A stretch of 33,324 bases of DNA from Candidatus Omnitrophota bacterium (GCA_043803685.1 JAZDJU010000086.1:1-33324); one strand, 5' to 3'. Counted from the stretch's first letter, positions 1-9,136 are shown. The notes: generated from the sequence alone by a model not told the origin. Numbers and translations: made by a program.

Positions 1-36
1 ATCGACATCAAGAGCCAGATATTGTATCTTCTCCAT
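1..36 (-). CDS. N-terminal fragment of probable IS110-family transposase/recombinase (runs off window edge)
   Basis: ATG at 36 reads MEKIQYLALDVD, resembling the first RuvC-like DEDD motif (Y/F-x-G/A-L-D-V) of IS110 transposases. SD-like GGGAGGGG lies at 43-50. Only 12 codons are visible. Confidence 0.55.
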   Translation of the reverse strand, partial: MEKIQYLALDVD

Positions 37-134
37 GGGTGACCCCTCCCTGATGTTTTAGTGTTTCTGATTTTACATCAGAACACTATGAGGTAAAGCC
101 CTCGGTTAAGGGAGGCGGTCATCCATAACTATCT
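1..134 (-). mobile_element. Probable IS110-family element, left non-coding end
   Basis: Minus strand reads AGATAGTTATGGATGACCGCCTCCCT...AGGGAGGGGTCACCCATG. This long imperfect inverted repeat (109-126 with 35-51) encloses two hairpins and covers the RBS/ATG of the transposase-like ORF. Boundary approximate. Confidence 0.5.
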
Positions 135-177
135 TTACAAAAGGGGGAACCATCGCCCGGTCACCCGTTACAGTTTG

Positions 178-1242
178 CTAAAGAAAACGATGCATCTTCC
201 GTTTTTGAAGCTCAAGCACGATCTTGCGGATGGACTCCGTCTCGCTCATGGGACAGACCAGGATCGCGTCGCCGGTATCCACGACCACATGGTCTTTAAG
301 ACCGACCGTGGCGATCAAGCGCCCGGCCCCCTTCACGACGTTGCCGGAACTCTCCACAAGGACGTTATTCCCGAGGGAGAGGTTCTTGTCGCGGTCGAGA
401 GGCATAAGGTCGCGCAAGGTGGCCCAGCTCCCGGCATCGTTCCATCCCATCGAGACCGGGAGGGTCAGGATACCGCCGGAAAGTTTTTCCATGAGGCCAT
501 AGTCGATGGAGATACTCGGGACTTTGGAAAAAAGTTTTTTGACAGCCGCCGCAGAAAGGCCTCCGGCCGCGAGTCTGACAACGATCTTGAATACGGCGGG
601 AAGTTCACGGCGCGCGGTCTCAAGCAGGCAATCGGCGCGCCAAATGAAGATCCCGGCATTCCAGAGGAATTTTCCGGAACGGAGATACTTCTCGGCCCGG
701 GCAAGGTCCGGTTTTTCATGAAAACATTGGAGGTGATAGACCGGTAGTCCGCGGACAGTGGTCTTCTTCCCCGCCATTTCGAGATAGCCGTAGCCGGTAT
801 GCGGCTGGTCGGGTTTGATCCCGAGCGTCACGGGCATCCCGGATTCGTCGGCCTGTTCATAAGCAACGCGGAGGGCTTTCACAAAAGCGGCCTCGTCCTT
901 GATGAAATGGTCCGCGGGAAAAATACCAAGCACGGCGGAAGGGTCTTTTCTCATAATGTGAGAAGCGGCCCACGCGGCACAGGGTGCGGTGTTGCGACCG
1001 GCGGGTTCGCCGATCACTTGCGAGCGTGGGATGCGAAGGAGTTTTGCGGTCGAGGCGGCCTGGTCGAGCGCGGTAAAGACTAGAATGCGGGACGGAGGAA
1101 CGACTTTCTTGACGCGATCGAAGGTCTGCTCGATGAGTGTCTTGGGGCCGAAGAGATTCAGGAACTGTTTGGCGCGCCCCTTACGGCTTTCCGGCCAGAA
1201 GCGTGTGCCGCTCCCGCCTGCCATGATGACGCCCCAGTTCAT
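178..1242 (-). CDS. manC: Mannose-1-phosphate guanylyltransferase (monofunctional, no C-terminal cupin PMI domain)
   Basis: VIMAGGSGTRFWPESR..KQFL, EP.GRNTAP, FPADHFI, F.EKP, WNAGIF, SIDYG.ME and W.D.GSW motifs. Start overlaps the stop of the upstream PMM gene (ATGA). Confidence 0.95.
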   Translation of the reverse strand: MNWGVIMAGGSGTRFWPESRKGRAKQFLNLFGPKTLIEQTFDRVKKVVPPSRILVFTALDQAASTAKLLRIPRSQVIGEPAGRNTAPCAAWAASHIMRKDPSAVLGIFPADHFIKDEAAFVKALRVAYEQADESGMPVTLGIKPDQPHTGYGYLEMAGKKTTVRGLPVYHLQCFHEKPDLARAEKYLRSGKFLWNAGIFIWRADCLLETARRELPAVFKIVVRLAAGGLSAAAVKKLFSKVPSISIDYGLMEKLSGGILTLPVSMGWNDAGSWATLRDLMPLDRDKNLSLGNNVLVESSGNVVKGAGRLIATVGLKDHVVVDTGDAILVCPMSETESIRKIVLELQKRKMHRFL

Positions 1243-2609
1243 TTTTTCATCTCATGCATGAGCGTGTGGATCTCACCTTCCACGATCGCGCGGATCTCAT
1301 CGAGACGTTTCTGGGTCACGGCTTCAAAGCGCATCACGAGCACAGGCTGGGTGTTGGAAGCACGCACGAGTCCCCATCCGTCCGGGAACTGGACGCGGGC
1401 GCCATCGATATCCACGACCTCGTACTTTTTCTTGAGGTCGGCGACGGCTTGGGCCACGACCTTGAACTTGACGTCGTCGGGGCAATCGAAACGGATCTCA
1501 GGGGTCGAGACAAGCTCGGGCACATCGGCCAGAAGCGAGGAGAACGGCGCGTTCGCCTTGTCCAGGATCTCGAGGATGCGGCATGCCGCGTAGACGGCGT
1601 CATCGAAACCGAGCCAGCGGTCATTGAAGAACATGTGACCGCTCATTTCGCCCGCCATCTCGGCGTGGGTTTCTTTCATCTTGGCCTTGATCAGGGAGTG
1701 GCCGGTCTTCCACATGAGGGGTTTGCCGCCGCGTTTGGCGATATCGTCATAGATCTGCTTGGAGCTTTTGACGTCCCCGATGATCGTGGCGCCGGGTTTA
1801 CGGGTCAGGATCTCGCGGGCATACACGAGAAGAAGTTTGTCGCCGAAAATGACTTTCCCTTTTTCGTCCACGATACCAATGCGATCGGCGTCACCGTCAA
1901 ACGCGATCCCGATGTCGGCCTTCGTGCTAACCACTTTCTGTTGGAGATCTTTTAGATTGGCCGGGACTGAAGGGTCGGCCTGGTGGTCGGGCATCTTGGG
2001 ATCAAGGTTCTCATAAAGCACGGTCACATCATGGCCGAAGCGGCGGAGAAGCGCGGGCGCGGTGACGGCCGCCATACCATGTCCGGTGTCGACGATGACT
2101 TTGAGTTTCTTGGTGAACTTGAAGCCGGAGAAAATATAATCCTGGTAAGCCTTCACAAGCGCGTCGTGGTCGGGGTGCTCGACCTTGCCCTGGCCTGTCA
2201 CAAAATCGTTCTTCTCAATCGTTTCGCGGAGGCCCTGGATGTCCTTGCCATAAAAGGAGCGGCCGGAATGATGGAATTTGAAGCCATTCTCGTCCGGAGG
2301 ATTGTGGGAACCGGTGAGCGAGATGCCCGCATCGAGTTTATTATGCGTCACATAGAAATAGACGAGCGGGGTCGTGACAAGGCCGATCTCGACCACGGTG
2401 AGACCGCAGCTTTGAAGCCCCTTCGAGAGACCGCGGTAGAGGAACTCCGCGCTCCAGCGATGGTCGTGGCCGATCGCGATGGTGTGCTTCCCTTCGCGGA
2501 CAAGAAGCGATCCGAAAGATTTCCCGATCGCGAGCGCGACCTCTTCGGTGAGCTCTTTGCCCGCAATGCCGCGGATATCATATTCTCTGAAAATATGCGA
2601 TGGGATCAT
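1239..2609 (-). CDS. Phosphomannomutase/phosphoglucomutase (AlgC-like)
   Basis: IFREYDIRG N-terminus, catalytic TGSHNP, metal-binding FDGDADR, sugar-binding GEMSGH, and RASNTQP. Confidence 0.95.
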   Translation of the reverse strand: MIPSHIFREYDIRGIAGKELTEEVALAIGKSFGSLLVREGKHTIAIGHDHRWSAEFLYRGLSKGLQSCGLTVVEIGLVTTPLVYFYVTHNKLDAGISLTGSHNPPDENGFKFHHSGRSFYGKDIQGLRETIEKNDFVTGQGKVEHPDHDALVKAYQDYIFSGFKFTKKLKVIVDTGHGMAAVTAPALLRRFGHDVTVLYENLDPKMPDHQADPSVPANLKDLQQKVVSTKADIGIAFDGDADRIGIVDEKGKVIFGDKLLLVYAREILTRKPGATIIGDVKSSKQIYDDIAKRGGKPLMWKTGHSLIKAKMKETHAEMAGEMSGHMFFNDRWLGFDDAVYAACRILEILDKANAPFSSLLADVPELVSTPEIRFDCPDDVKFKVVAQAVADLKKKYEVVDIDGARVQFPDGWGLVRASNTQPVLVMRFEAVTQKRLDEIRAIVEGEIHTLMHEMKK

Positions 2610-2736
2610 GATGGTCTGGCCTTTCGGATTGTCGGATTCAGGATTGTCTGTTTCTCTGCGGATTCAATCTCAACATGCGTTCATCGTGACAGCCATCTTT
2701 ATGCCGCCACGTGACGCCATGGTGCAAAAAAAACAA

Positions 2737-2818
2737 TGCGAGCGAGAGGACTTGAACCTCCATGCCTTGCGGCGTCAGCCCCTCAAGCTGATGTGTCTGC
2801 CAGTTTCACCACGCTCGC
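2737..2818 (-). tRNA. tRNA-Leu(GAG), CCA not encoded
   Basis: GCGAGCG acceptor stem, D-loop GAAACTGGCAGA, anticodon arm TCAGC-TTGAGGG-GCTGA, long variable arm GCC-GCAA-GGC, T arm GGAGG-TTCAAGT-CCTCT, discriminator A. Confidence 0.95.
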
Positions 2819-2947
2819 ATGAACTAAAAAAATCCCGGGATTTCAATTTCATATTTGCGCCGCTGCGTAAGTACGGCTTCGTGACAATCCATAGACAACC
2901 GGCTACAAAGACCGCCACGCGCACATGAAATTCTAAAATTCAAAACC

Positions 2948-3331
2948 TTATGAGGACTTGCCCGTGCGTTTTCGCACAGCATTCAATTTTGCTTCTTTGA
3001 CAGCCTTGACCTTGCGCTCTTTTTCAAGCACCGCCTCAACCTGGCCAAGTTCGGTATCGAGCTTCTTGATCTCCCCGAGCACTTTTTTCATCTCGGACGC
3101 CTCGAGATCAAGCTTCTCGCCCTGTCTTACCGCGGTCTGATAAACCTGACTGCCCAGTTGCGAGAACGCCTTGGCGAGTTGATGCTCCAAAGTCGCCTTC
3201 TGAATCAGAAGCCGCGTCACATGCGCCGCTTCGCCCGTCTTCTCCGCCACAACCTTGGCGTACTTCTTCACGGTCTCAAAGGTCTCGTTGATGATCTTTT
3301 CCGACTTCGCGTAAAATTCTTTTTTATCCAC
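2948..3331 (-). CDS. Hypothetical helical/coiled-coil protein (127 aa)
   Basis: GTG start with GAGGTG SD; K/E/A/L-rich amphipathic helices; no recognisable motif. Confidence 0.75.
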   Translation of the reverse strand: MDKKEFYAKSEKIINETFETVKKYAKVVAEKTGEAAHVTRLLIQKATLEHQLAKAFSQLGSQVYQTAVRQGEKLDLEASEMKKVLGEIKKLDTELGQVEAVLEKERKVKAVKEAKLNAVRKRTGKSS

Positions 3332-3482
3332 ATTTCACCTCATGGGATGACGCCAGACGGGTTAAAAGCAGCCTTCTGTAGTCCCGAAGGCACTATGTTT
3401 TATCACATTTTTTAAAGATATCAAGCTCAGAATACGCCTCAAAAGACAACGCCCCTCCACCCCACGGAATGCACCCTTTTCT

Positions 3483-4538
3483 CTAGGGAACACCTTCTTT
3501 AGAAGCATTCCGTTTTTTCAGAAAATGAACGGAATCGCCCCACTCCCCATAACCGATCTTAGCGCCCGCCGCCTGCACACGATGCTCAAGACAGCCCTTG
3601 CACTGACGCGCGTTCTCATCCAGACACGGCTTGTTGTCATAAAGCTGATAGAACTTCCGGTAATCCGTGGGCGTCACGTTCGGCATGATGATATTCGCCC
3701 CGGCACGAACCCCCTTCTCCCGTCCCGAAGGATCCAGCGTCTGGAGCGCGGTCGACGCCGCGATATTCACATCCTTCAGAAACAGCCGCGTCAGCGCGAT
3801 CATCACAAGCCCGAGCCTCAAATTCTCCGCGGGATCATGCGCCGTAGGAACCAGCGGCGCATCCTTGTGTGGAATATAAGGCCCCATCCCGATCATATCG
3901 ACATCCTCGTTCTTAAAAAACAAGAGATCGTCGATCAGGTCCCTGTGGGTCTGGAATGGCAGCCCGATCATGACACCCGTTCCCACCTGATAGCCCGTGC
4001 GTCGAAGCGCGCGGAGGCATTCACGACGCGTCTCATAAGAGTGATCCTCGGGATGAAGCCGCCCATAAAGCTCCGGAGAACTCGTCTCGATCCTCAAAAG
4101 ATAGCGGTGAGCCCCCGCCTTGAACCATCGCTCGTAGGTTTCCGGGGACTGCTCCCCAAGCGAAAGCGTGATCCCGAGCTTTCCCGAAGTCGCGGCCTTG
4201 ATCTCCTGAAGGACTTCTTCGACAAAACGGACCGAAGCCTCATCCCGGCGTTCTCCGGACTGTAGAACGATCGAACCATAGCCCATTTCCAGAGACGCCT
4301 TCGCACATTCCAGGATCTCTGCCTTATCCATCGCAAAGCGCGTGACGTTCACGTTGCTTTTCCGGATCCCGCAATAATAGCAATCCTTCACGCAGTGATT
4401 GCTGTACTCGATGATACCGCGAAAATAGACCTTGGATCCCACATACCGGACAGCGCACGCACGCGCCTCACGGAAAAGATCGTCGAGCTTCGCCGGCTCC
4501 TTTTCGCTCAGCCAATGCAACGTTTCGTTCGAATTCAT
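3483..4538 (-). CDS. hydE: [FeFe]-hydrogenase maturation radical SAM protein HydE
   Basis: RGIIEYSNHCVKDCYYCGIR (CX3CX2C), YLLRIETS, GTGVMIGLP, DMIGMGPYIPH, GANIIMPN, YQLYDNKPC. Start reassigned to ATG 4538 (MNSNETL, SD GAAGG); the longer ORF extends through hydG and a repeat. Confidence 0.95.
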   Translation of the reverse strand: MNSNETLHWLSEKEPAKLDDLFREARACAVRYVGSKVYFRGIIEYSNHCVKDCYYCGIRKSNVNVTRFAMDKAEILECAKASLEMGYGSIVLQSGERRDEASVRFVEEVLQEIKAATSGKLGITLSLGEQSPETYERWFKAGAHRYLLRIETSSPELYGRLHPEDHSYETRRECLRALRRTGYQVGTGVMIGLPFQTHRDLIDDLLFFKNEDVDMIGMGPYIPHKDAPLVPTAHDPAENLRLGLVMIALTRLFLKDVNIAASTALQTLDPSGREKGVRAGANIIMPNVTPTDYRKFYQLYDNKPCLDENARQCKGCLEHRVQAAGAKIGYGEWGDSVHFLKKRNASKEGVP

Positions 4539-4566
4539 AAACACCTTCCGACAGACGGTATACGAT

Positions 4567-4627
4567 GAGCTGCGAGCCACGCGCCACGTGCCACGAATGC
4601 GTGGATCTTGGACCGTGGCTCGTGGTT
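4567..4627. repeat. Inverted heptamer-repeat hairpin (REP-like) between hydG and hydE
   Basis: GAGCTGC GAGCCAC GCGCCAC GTGCCAC G-AATG-CGTGGAT CTTGGAC CGTGGCT CGTGGTT. Confidence 0.75.
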
Positions 4628-6111
4628 CAAAGGAATAGATCCCTTTCCCCTTTTCGAACTCGTTCGAGGAATTGAAAGAAGGCCGGGAACCCTTGAGGAT
4701 TTCTCGTTTTGATCTCTTCGAGTTCTTTTTCAAGAACACGGAGCCCGACTTCGCGCGTCGCGGGCGTCGCGAAATCATCCAGCCATTCCTGAAAGGTCAG
4801 CACGGCGTTCAGTTTGCAGAACTTCCCTTCCTGGCCGCTGCGCAAAAGGTCCATGATGCATTTCCCCGTCCGCCCGCAGCGGTATCCCGCCGTACAAAAT
4901 GAGGTAATATAGCCCATCTCCGCAAAATCCCGGACGAGTTCATCCAGACTCCTCGTATCGCCCAGCATGAACTGCTGTCGTTCGGATTCCTGCCCTTCCT
5001 TCTCTTCACTGTAACTTCCGATCCCGATCTTCGTAGAAGCATCGGTCTGCGTGATCCCAAGGCCGATCGCGTCGCGCCGCATCTGGGCGGTTTCGCGCGC
5101 GGTGATGATCATCCCCGTGTATGGGATCGCGAGGCGAATGAGCAGGATGATCTTTTTAAAATCCTCGTCAGACACTTTATAGGGCGAATGCGCGGCATAT
5201 TCGGAGTTGAGTGCGGGTTCCATGCGCGGGAACGAAACCGTGTGCGGCCCGATCCCCATTTTGGCCTCCAGATGGATCGCGTGCTGAAGAAGCGCAAGCA
5301 CTTCGAAACGCCAATCATAAAGCCCGAACAGCGCTCCGATCCCCACATCGTCGATCCCCGCCTCCATCGCGCGGTGCATCGCGTAAAGTCGCCAGCGATA
5401 ATCGGATTTGATCGTCCCTTTCGGATGGAGCTTCGCGTAAGTCTCGTGATGGTAGGTTTCCTGAAAGACCTGATAAGTCCCGAGACCGCCGTCCCGGAGA
5501 CGGACAAGTTCCTCGACCGACATCGGCGCGGCATTCACATTGATGCGGCGAATATTGCCATAACCATGTTGGGTCGGCGTCTTCACGTCATAGATCGTCT
5601 TCATGCTCTCGAGAATATAATCGATCCCTGTCAGCGGATGCTCGCCGTAAACAGCGATGATCCGTTTGTGTCCGATCTTCCCCGTCAGAGCTTCGGTCTC
5701 TTTACGGACCTCCTCCATCGAAAGAATGCGACGTTTCGCCTTGAGATTCTCGTGTTTAAATCCGCAGTAGGCGCAATTATTGACGCAGAAATTCCCCATA
5801 TAAAGCGGGGCAAAGGTCACAATGCGGTTGTCATAGACCTTCTTCTTGATCCGGAGGGCCGCGCACTCCATCTCCTTGAGGATCTCGGGATCCCGAACAC
5901 GGATCAGCGTCGCGAGCTCTTCCGGCGTAAGCGTTTTCACTGCGAGCGAACGCTCGAGGATCGCGCGAACGGTCGCGGCGTCGGGTTCCCTGGCCGATTC
6001 GATCGTTTTCCAGATCGCGGCATCGTCGATAAAATCTTGGCCGTTGTCGAGATAACGATCGATCTGGTCCTGTTTGATACGCCCGGCGATCCAGGCCGTT
6101 TCCGTGCTCAT
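4627..6111 (-). CDS. hydG: [FeFe]-hydrogenase maturation radical SAM tyrosine lyase HydG
   Basis: FAPLYMGNFCVNNCAYCGF, GTYQVFQETYH, GIDDVGIGALFGL, GPHTVSFPR, and C-terminal auxiliary-cluster motif SFCTAGYRC-X19-C. Confidence 0.96.
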   Translation of the reverse strand: MSTETAWIAGRIKQDQIDRYLDNGQDFIDDAAIWKTIESAREPDAATVRAILERSLAVKTLTPEELATLIRVRDPEILKEMECAALRIKKKVYDNRIVTFAPLYMGNFCVNNCAYCGFKHENLKAKRRILSMEEVRKETEALTGKIGHKRIIAVYGEHPLTGIDYILESMKTIYDVKTPTQHGYGNIRRINVNAAPMSVEELVRLRDGGLGTYQVFQETYHHETYAKLHPKGTIKSDYRWRLYAMHRAMEAGIDDVGIGALFGLYDWRFEVLALLQHAIHLEAKMGIGPHTVSFPRMEPALNSEYAAHSPYKVSDEDFKKIILLIRLAIPYTGMIITARETAQMRRDAIGLGITQTDASTKIGIGSYSEEKEGQESERQQFMLGDTRSLDELVRDFAEMGYITSFCTAGYRCGRTGKCIMDLLRSGQEGKFCKLNAVLTFQEWLDDFATPATREVGLRVLEKELEEIKTRNPQGFPAFFQFLERVRKGERDLFL

Positions 6112-7364
6112 GATAAAGCCTCCTTACCTTTGATTTCGCGATACGCCGCAAGCGCCCCTGGAAAAGGCGCAAGCGTCCGTTCCAGAACACCTTGAACGAA
6201 CGAGATCGCGACCCCGTAATTCGTGATCGGAACACCTGCAGCCTTCGCTTTCTCGATCCGGGCAAGCATTTCCCGGCGCGTCAGCATGCAGGAGCCGCAG
6301 TGAATAATAAGTTTGTAGGATGCGAGGTCGTCCGGATAATCACGCCCCGCCGAACTCCGGATATCCAGCTCCACACCCGCGTATTGCCTGAGCCATCGCG
6401 GGATCTTCACACGACCAATATCATCCTCCACCGCGTGATGACTGCAGGATTCCGAGATCAGAACCCTATCGCCCGCCTTCAACCGGTCAATGGCCAACAC
6501 CCCTCGAACCATTTCGCTGAGATCTCCTTTGAGCCTTGAAAAAAGAATGGAGAACGTCGTGCATTTCACAGCCGGAGGCGTGTCCGCGACCATCTTGAGC
6601 ACCACCTGCGAGTCACAGACCACGATATTCGGAGGACTCTTGAGCTGACCCAACCAATGCGCATATTCCCGCTCCTTCACCACCAGCACCGCCGCGTCAC
6701 TATCCAGGGCCTCCCGGATCGTCTGCACCTGCGGCAGGATCAAACGGCCTTTCGGCGCCTCCAGATCGATCGGTACGACCATGACCGCGATCCCACCCGC
6801 CGGCACAAGATCGCCGATCAAAGGCGGCGGCTTCAAAAAGTCATCGGGACAAACTTCGAGCAGGAACTGCTTCAGAAGATTCACAGCACCATCGCGCTTT
6901 GAGCGGTCCGTGCTCGCGCAAGCGAGGATCCTCGGCGTCTTTTGTTTCAACTTGTCGAGAAAATCACCCGAAGGAATCTCCAGGTCGCTTTTGTTCACCA
7001 CAAGCACAAGAGGACTTTTTCGCGCCCCCGCCTCACGAATGACTTCTTCCTCAAATTCCGTCCACACCCCCGCCTCAAGAATCAATACCGTAACGTCCGA
7101 GCGGTCGAAAACTTTCCGGGTCCTTTCGATCCGCTTGGCGCCCAAGACAGACATATCGTCCAAACCTCCCGTATCGAGAAAAACCACAGGTCCCACCGGC
7201 AAAAGTTCCATGACCTTCTCGACCACATCGGTGGTCGTTCCAGGGACGGGCGAAGTAATGGCCACGTCCTGACCGGCCACCATGTTAAGGAAAGTCGACT
7301 TGCCGACATTGGTGCGGCCGAAGATCCCGATCTGAAGCCTGAGCCCCTTAGGTGTTTTTTCCAT
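6108..7364 (-). CDS. hydF: [FeFe]-hydrogenase maturation GTPase HydF
   Basis: P-loop GRTNVGKS, GTTTD, DTGG, NKSD, APKGRLILPQVQ, cluster ligands CSHH...HCGSC, TNYG. Start reassigned to ATG 7364 (MEKTPKGLR). Confidence 0.96.
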   Translation of the reverse strand: MEKTPKGLRLQIGIFGRTNVGKSTFLNMVAGQDVAITSPVPGTTTDVVEKVMELLPVGPVVFLDTGGLDDMSVLGAKRIERTRKVFDRSDVTVLILEAGVWTEFEEEVIREAGARKSPLVLVVNKSDLEIPSGDFLDKLKQKTPRILACASTDRSKRDGAVNLLKQFLLEVCPDDFLKPPPLIGDLVPAGGIAVMVVPIDLEAPKGRLILPQVQTIREALDSDAAVLVVKEREYAHWLGQLKSPPNIVVCDSQVVLKMVADTPPAVKCTTFSILFSRLKGDLSEMVRGVLAIDRLKAGDRVLISESCSHHAVEDDIGRVKIPRWLRQYAGVELDIRSSAGRDYPDDLASYKLIIHCGSCMLTRREMLARIEKAKAAGVPITNYGVAISFVQGVLERTLAPFPGALAAYREIKGKEALS

Positions 7365-8739
7365 GATCCTTGTACCCGAGTGATAAAAGATTCTGCGGAG
7401 AAAGCGCGCTGACCACAAGCTCCCGGCCCAGTCGTTCCTCCAAAAATGATCTCAAATTCTTCTGACCCGAAGCCTTGAACTCCTGAAGAAGGGTTCCCGC
7501 CTTCTCATAACCGATGTGGGGCACAAAGGCCGTCATGATCCCTTCCGAACGATCGACAAAGTCCCGGCATTTTTCGGCATCTGCCTGAATGCCTGCCACG
7601 TGCGTCTCAAACATCGCATCGGCACGGATCAAAAGCTCGATCGATCCCAGGAGCGCGTGGGCCAAAAGCGGCATGAATTCGCATATCTGGAACGTCGCGC
7701 GCGACGCCGCCTCCGTGACCAAAAGATCGTTCGCCATGACTTTGAGTCCCGCCTGCGTCACAGCCTCGAGAATGACGGGGTTCACCTTCCCCGGCATCAG
7801 TGAAGAACCCGCCTGAAGCTGCGGTAGCGTGATCTCTCCGAGAAGATTCATCAGCCGGAGATCGCCCGCGATCTTCACAAGATTACTGGCGTGCGCTTTC
7901 AGGATCCCGGATACTTCCACAAAGGGGTCCGCGTTCGCCGTCGTATCGATCATATTCTCGCTCCGGCTCAGACCCAGGCCCGTGATCTCGCGCAGTTTTT
8001 CGACCCCAAGAAAGATATAACGCTGAGGCGCGGCTAGCCCTGTCCCGATCGCGGTGCCGCCGAGGTTCACAACCCTCAAACGTTCTTCGCACTTGAAGGT
8101 GCGCCACCGGTCGCGCGCGAACGCCTCGGCAAAAGCCGCGCATTCCGCGCCCAGGGTCATCGGAACCGCCGCCTGAAGTTCCGTCCTCCCGATCTTCACG
8201 ATCCCGGCGAATTCCTCTTCCTTCACCTGGAACGCGCCCTGGAGTTTCGCCGCGGCCTCGCTCAATTCCCGAACTCCCTGGATCGCCGCCACGCGCAGGG
8301 CCGTAGGATAAACATCATTCGTGGATTGGTGCTTGTTCACATCCTCGATCGGATGGACAAGTTCATACTGGCCCTTGTGCCCCCCGAGGATCTCGATCGC
8401 GCGGTTCGCGATCACTTCATTGACATTCATATTCGTGGAGGTCCCGGCGCCACCCTGAAGCGCATCAAGCGGCCAGCAGGTATCCGGAAGCTTGCCCTGA
8501 AGGATCTCATCGCAGACGGTCAGGATCGCCTTAGCCTTCGCTTCGGGCAGATAACCCAACTCCCCGTTCGCGAGACATGCCGCTTTCTTGACCGACACAA
8601 GGGCCCGGATCAACCTGAGAGACACGCGCGATCCACTCAAGGGAAAATTCTCGATCGCCCTTTGAGTATGAATACCCCAATACGCGTCCGCAAGCACCTT
8701 CTTTTCTCCCAACGCATCCTTCTCAACGCGATAGTTCAT
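7348..8739 (-). CDS. aspA: Aspartate ammonia-lyase (fumarase/aspartase family)
   Basis: YWGIHTQRAIENF, QGGAGTSTNMNVNEV, QSTNDVYPTA, and signature GSSLMPGKVNP. Start reassigned to ATG 8739 (MNYRVEKD, SD GGAGA). Confidence 0.9.
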   Translation of the reverse strand: MNYRVEKDALGEKKVLADAYWGIHTQRAIENFPLSGSRVSLRLIRALVSVKKAACLANGELGYLPEAKAKAILTVCDEILQGKLPDTCWPLDALQGGAGTSTNMNVNEVIANRAIEILGGHKGQYELVHPIEDVNKHQSTNDVYPTALRVAAIQGVRELSEAAAKLQGAFQVKEEEFAGIVKIGRTELQAAVPMTLGAECAAFAEAFARDRWRTFKCEERLRVVNLGGTAIGTGLAAPQRYIFLGVEKLREITGLGLSRSENMIDTTANADPFVEVSGILKAHASNLVKIAGDLRLMNLLGEITLPQLQAGSSLMPGKVNPVILEAVTQAGLKVMANDLLVTEAASRATFQICEFMPLLAHALLGSIELLIRADAMFETHVAGIQADAEKCRDFVDRSEGIMTAFVPHIGYEKAGTLLQEFKASGQKNLRSFLEERLGRELVVSALSPQNLLSLGYKDHGKNT

Positions 8740-8753
8740 GCTGTTCTCCATCA

Positions 8754-8821
8754 AGTTCGGAGCGTGGAGTTCAGAGTTCGGAAAACTGATTTTAACCCCG
8801 AACTCCCATCTCACAATTCAT
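8754..8821. repeat. Inverted heptamer-repeat element between the TM1266-family gene and aspA
   Basis: AGTTCGG AGCGTGG AGTTCAG AGTTCGG ... AACCCCG AACTCCC ATCTCAC AATTCAT; the arms are complementary (GAGTTCGG/CCGAACTC). Confidence 0.65.
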
Positions 8822-8827
8822 GACTGA

Positions 8828-9076
8828 TTACTTCTTCGTCAGCGCGGATTTTACGGAAACGCCTTCCAACGCGCCGAGTTTCCCGGTCAAGGCACCCAAT
8901 TCATCCGTTGTCGCGTCCACGATCAAGGTGATCACGGAACATTTCCGCTCCCGGTAAGGAAGCCCCACGCGCGCCACAATGATGTCCCCGTGCGCCGAAA
9001 GAAGATCGTTCACCTGGTGCGCGGCCTTTTTCCGGTCTTCTACAATGATCCCGACAAATCCCAACCGTTTATCCAT
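8828..9076 (-). CDS. TM1266-family iron-only hydrogenase system putative regulator (ACT/NikR-C-like, 82 aa)
   Basis: MDKRLGFVGIIVEDR..A..VN.LLS..G.IIVARVGLPY...SVI.LIVDA..DELGALTGKLG.L.GVSVKS pattern; strong SD GAGGAGG at 9083-9089; first gene of the maturase cluster. Confidence 0.9.
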   Translation of the reverse strand: MDKRLGFVGIIVEDRKKAAHQVNDLLSAHGDIIVARVGLPYRERKCSVITLIVDATTDELGALTGKLGALEGVSVKSALTKK

Positions 9077-9099
9077 GATCTTCCTCCTCAAGGAACATT

Positions 9100-9136
9100 A
9101 AAAAAAATCCCAGCTCCTTCGAAAAGAAGCTGGGAT
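9100..9136 (-). terminator. Intrinsic terminator in the leader of the maturation operon
   Basis: ATCCCAGCTTCTT-TTCG-AAGGAGCTGGGAT: 13-bp stem with one G.U pair and a UUCG loop, followed by a T run. Confidence 0.9.

Noticed and set aside
2737..2818. tRNA-Leu as an integration site for a genomic island
   Set aside because: No integrase and no duplicated tRNA 3' end are visible, and the flanking genes are housekeeping.
3370..3400. UUCG hairpin (TAGTGCC-TTCG-GGACTA) upstream of the hypothetical gene
   Set aside because: Short, with no terminator or clear expression platform; insufficient evidence for a regulatory RNA.
4539..4778. N-terminal extensions of hydE (and similarly hydF, aspA, hydA, TM1266) in the ORF track
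   Set aside because: They overlap upstream genes or repeats; the downstream ATGs match family N-termini and mostly have clear SD sequences.
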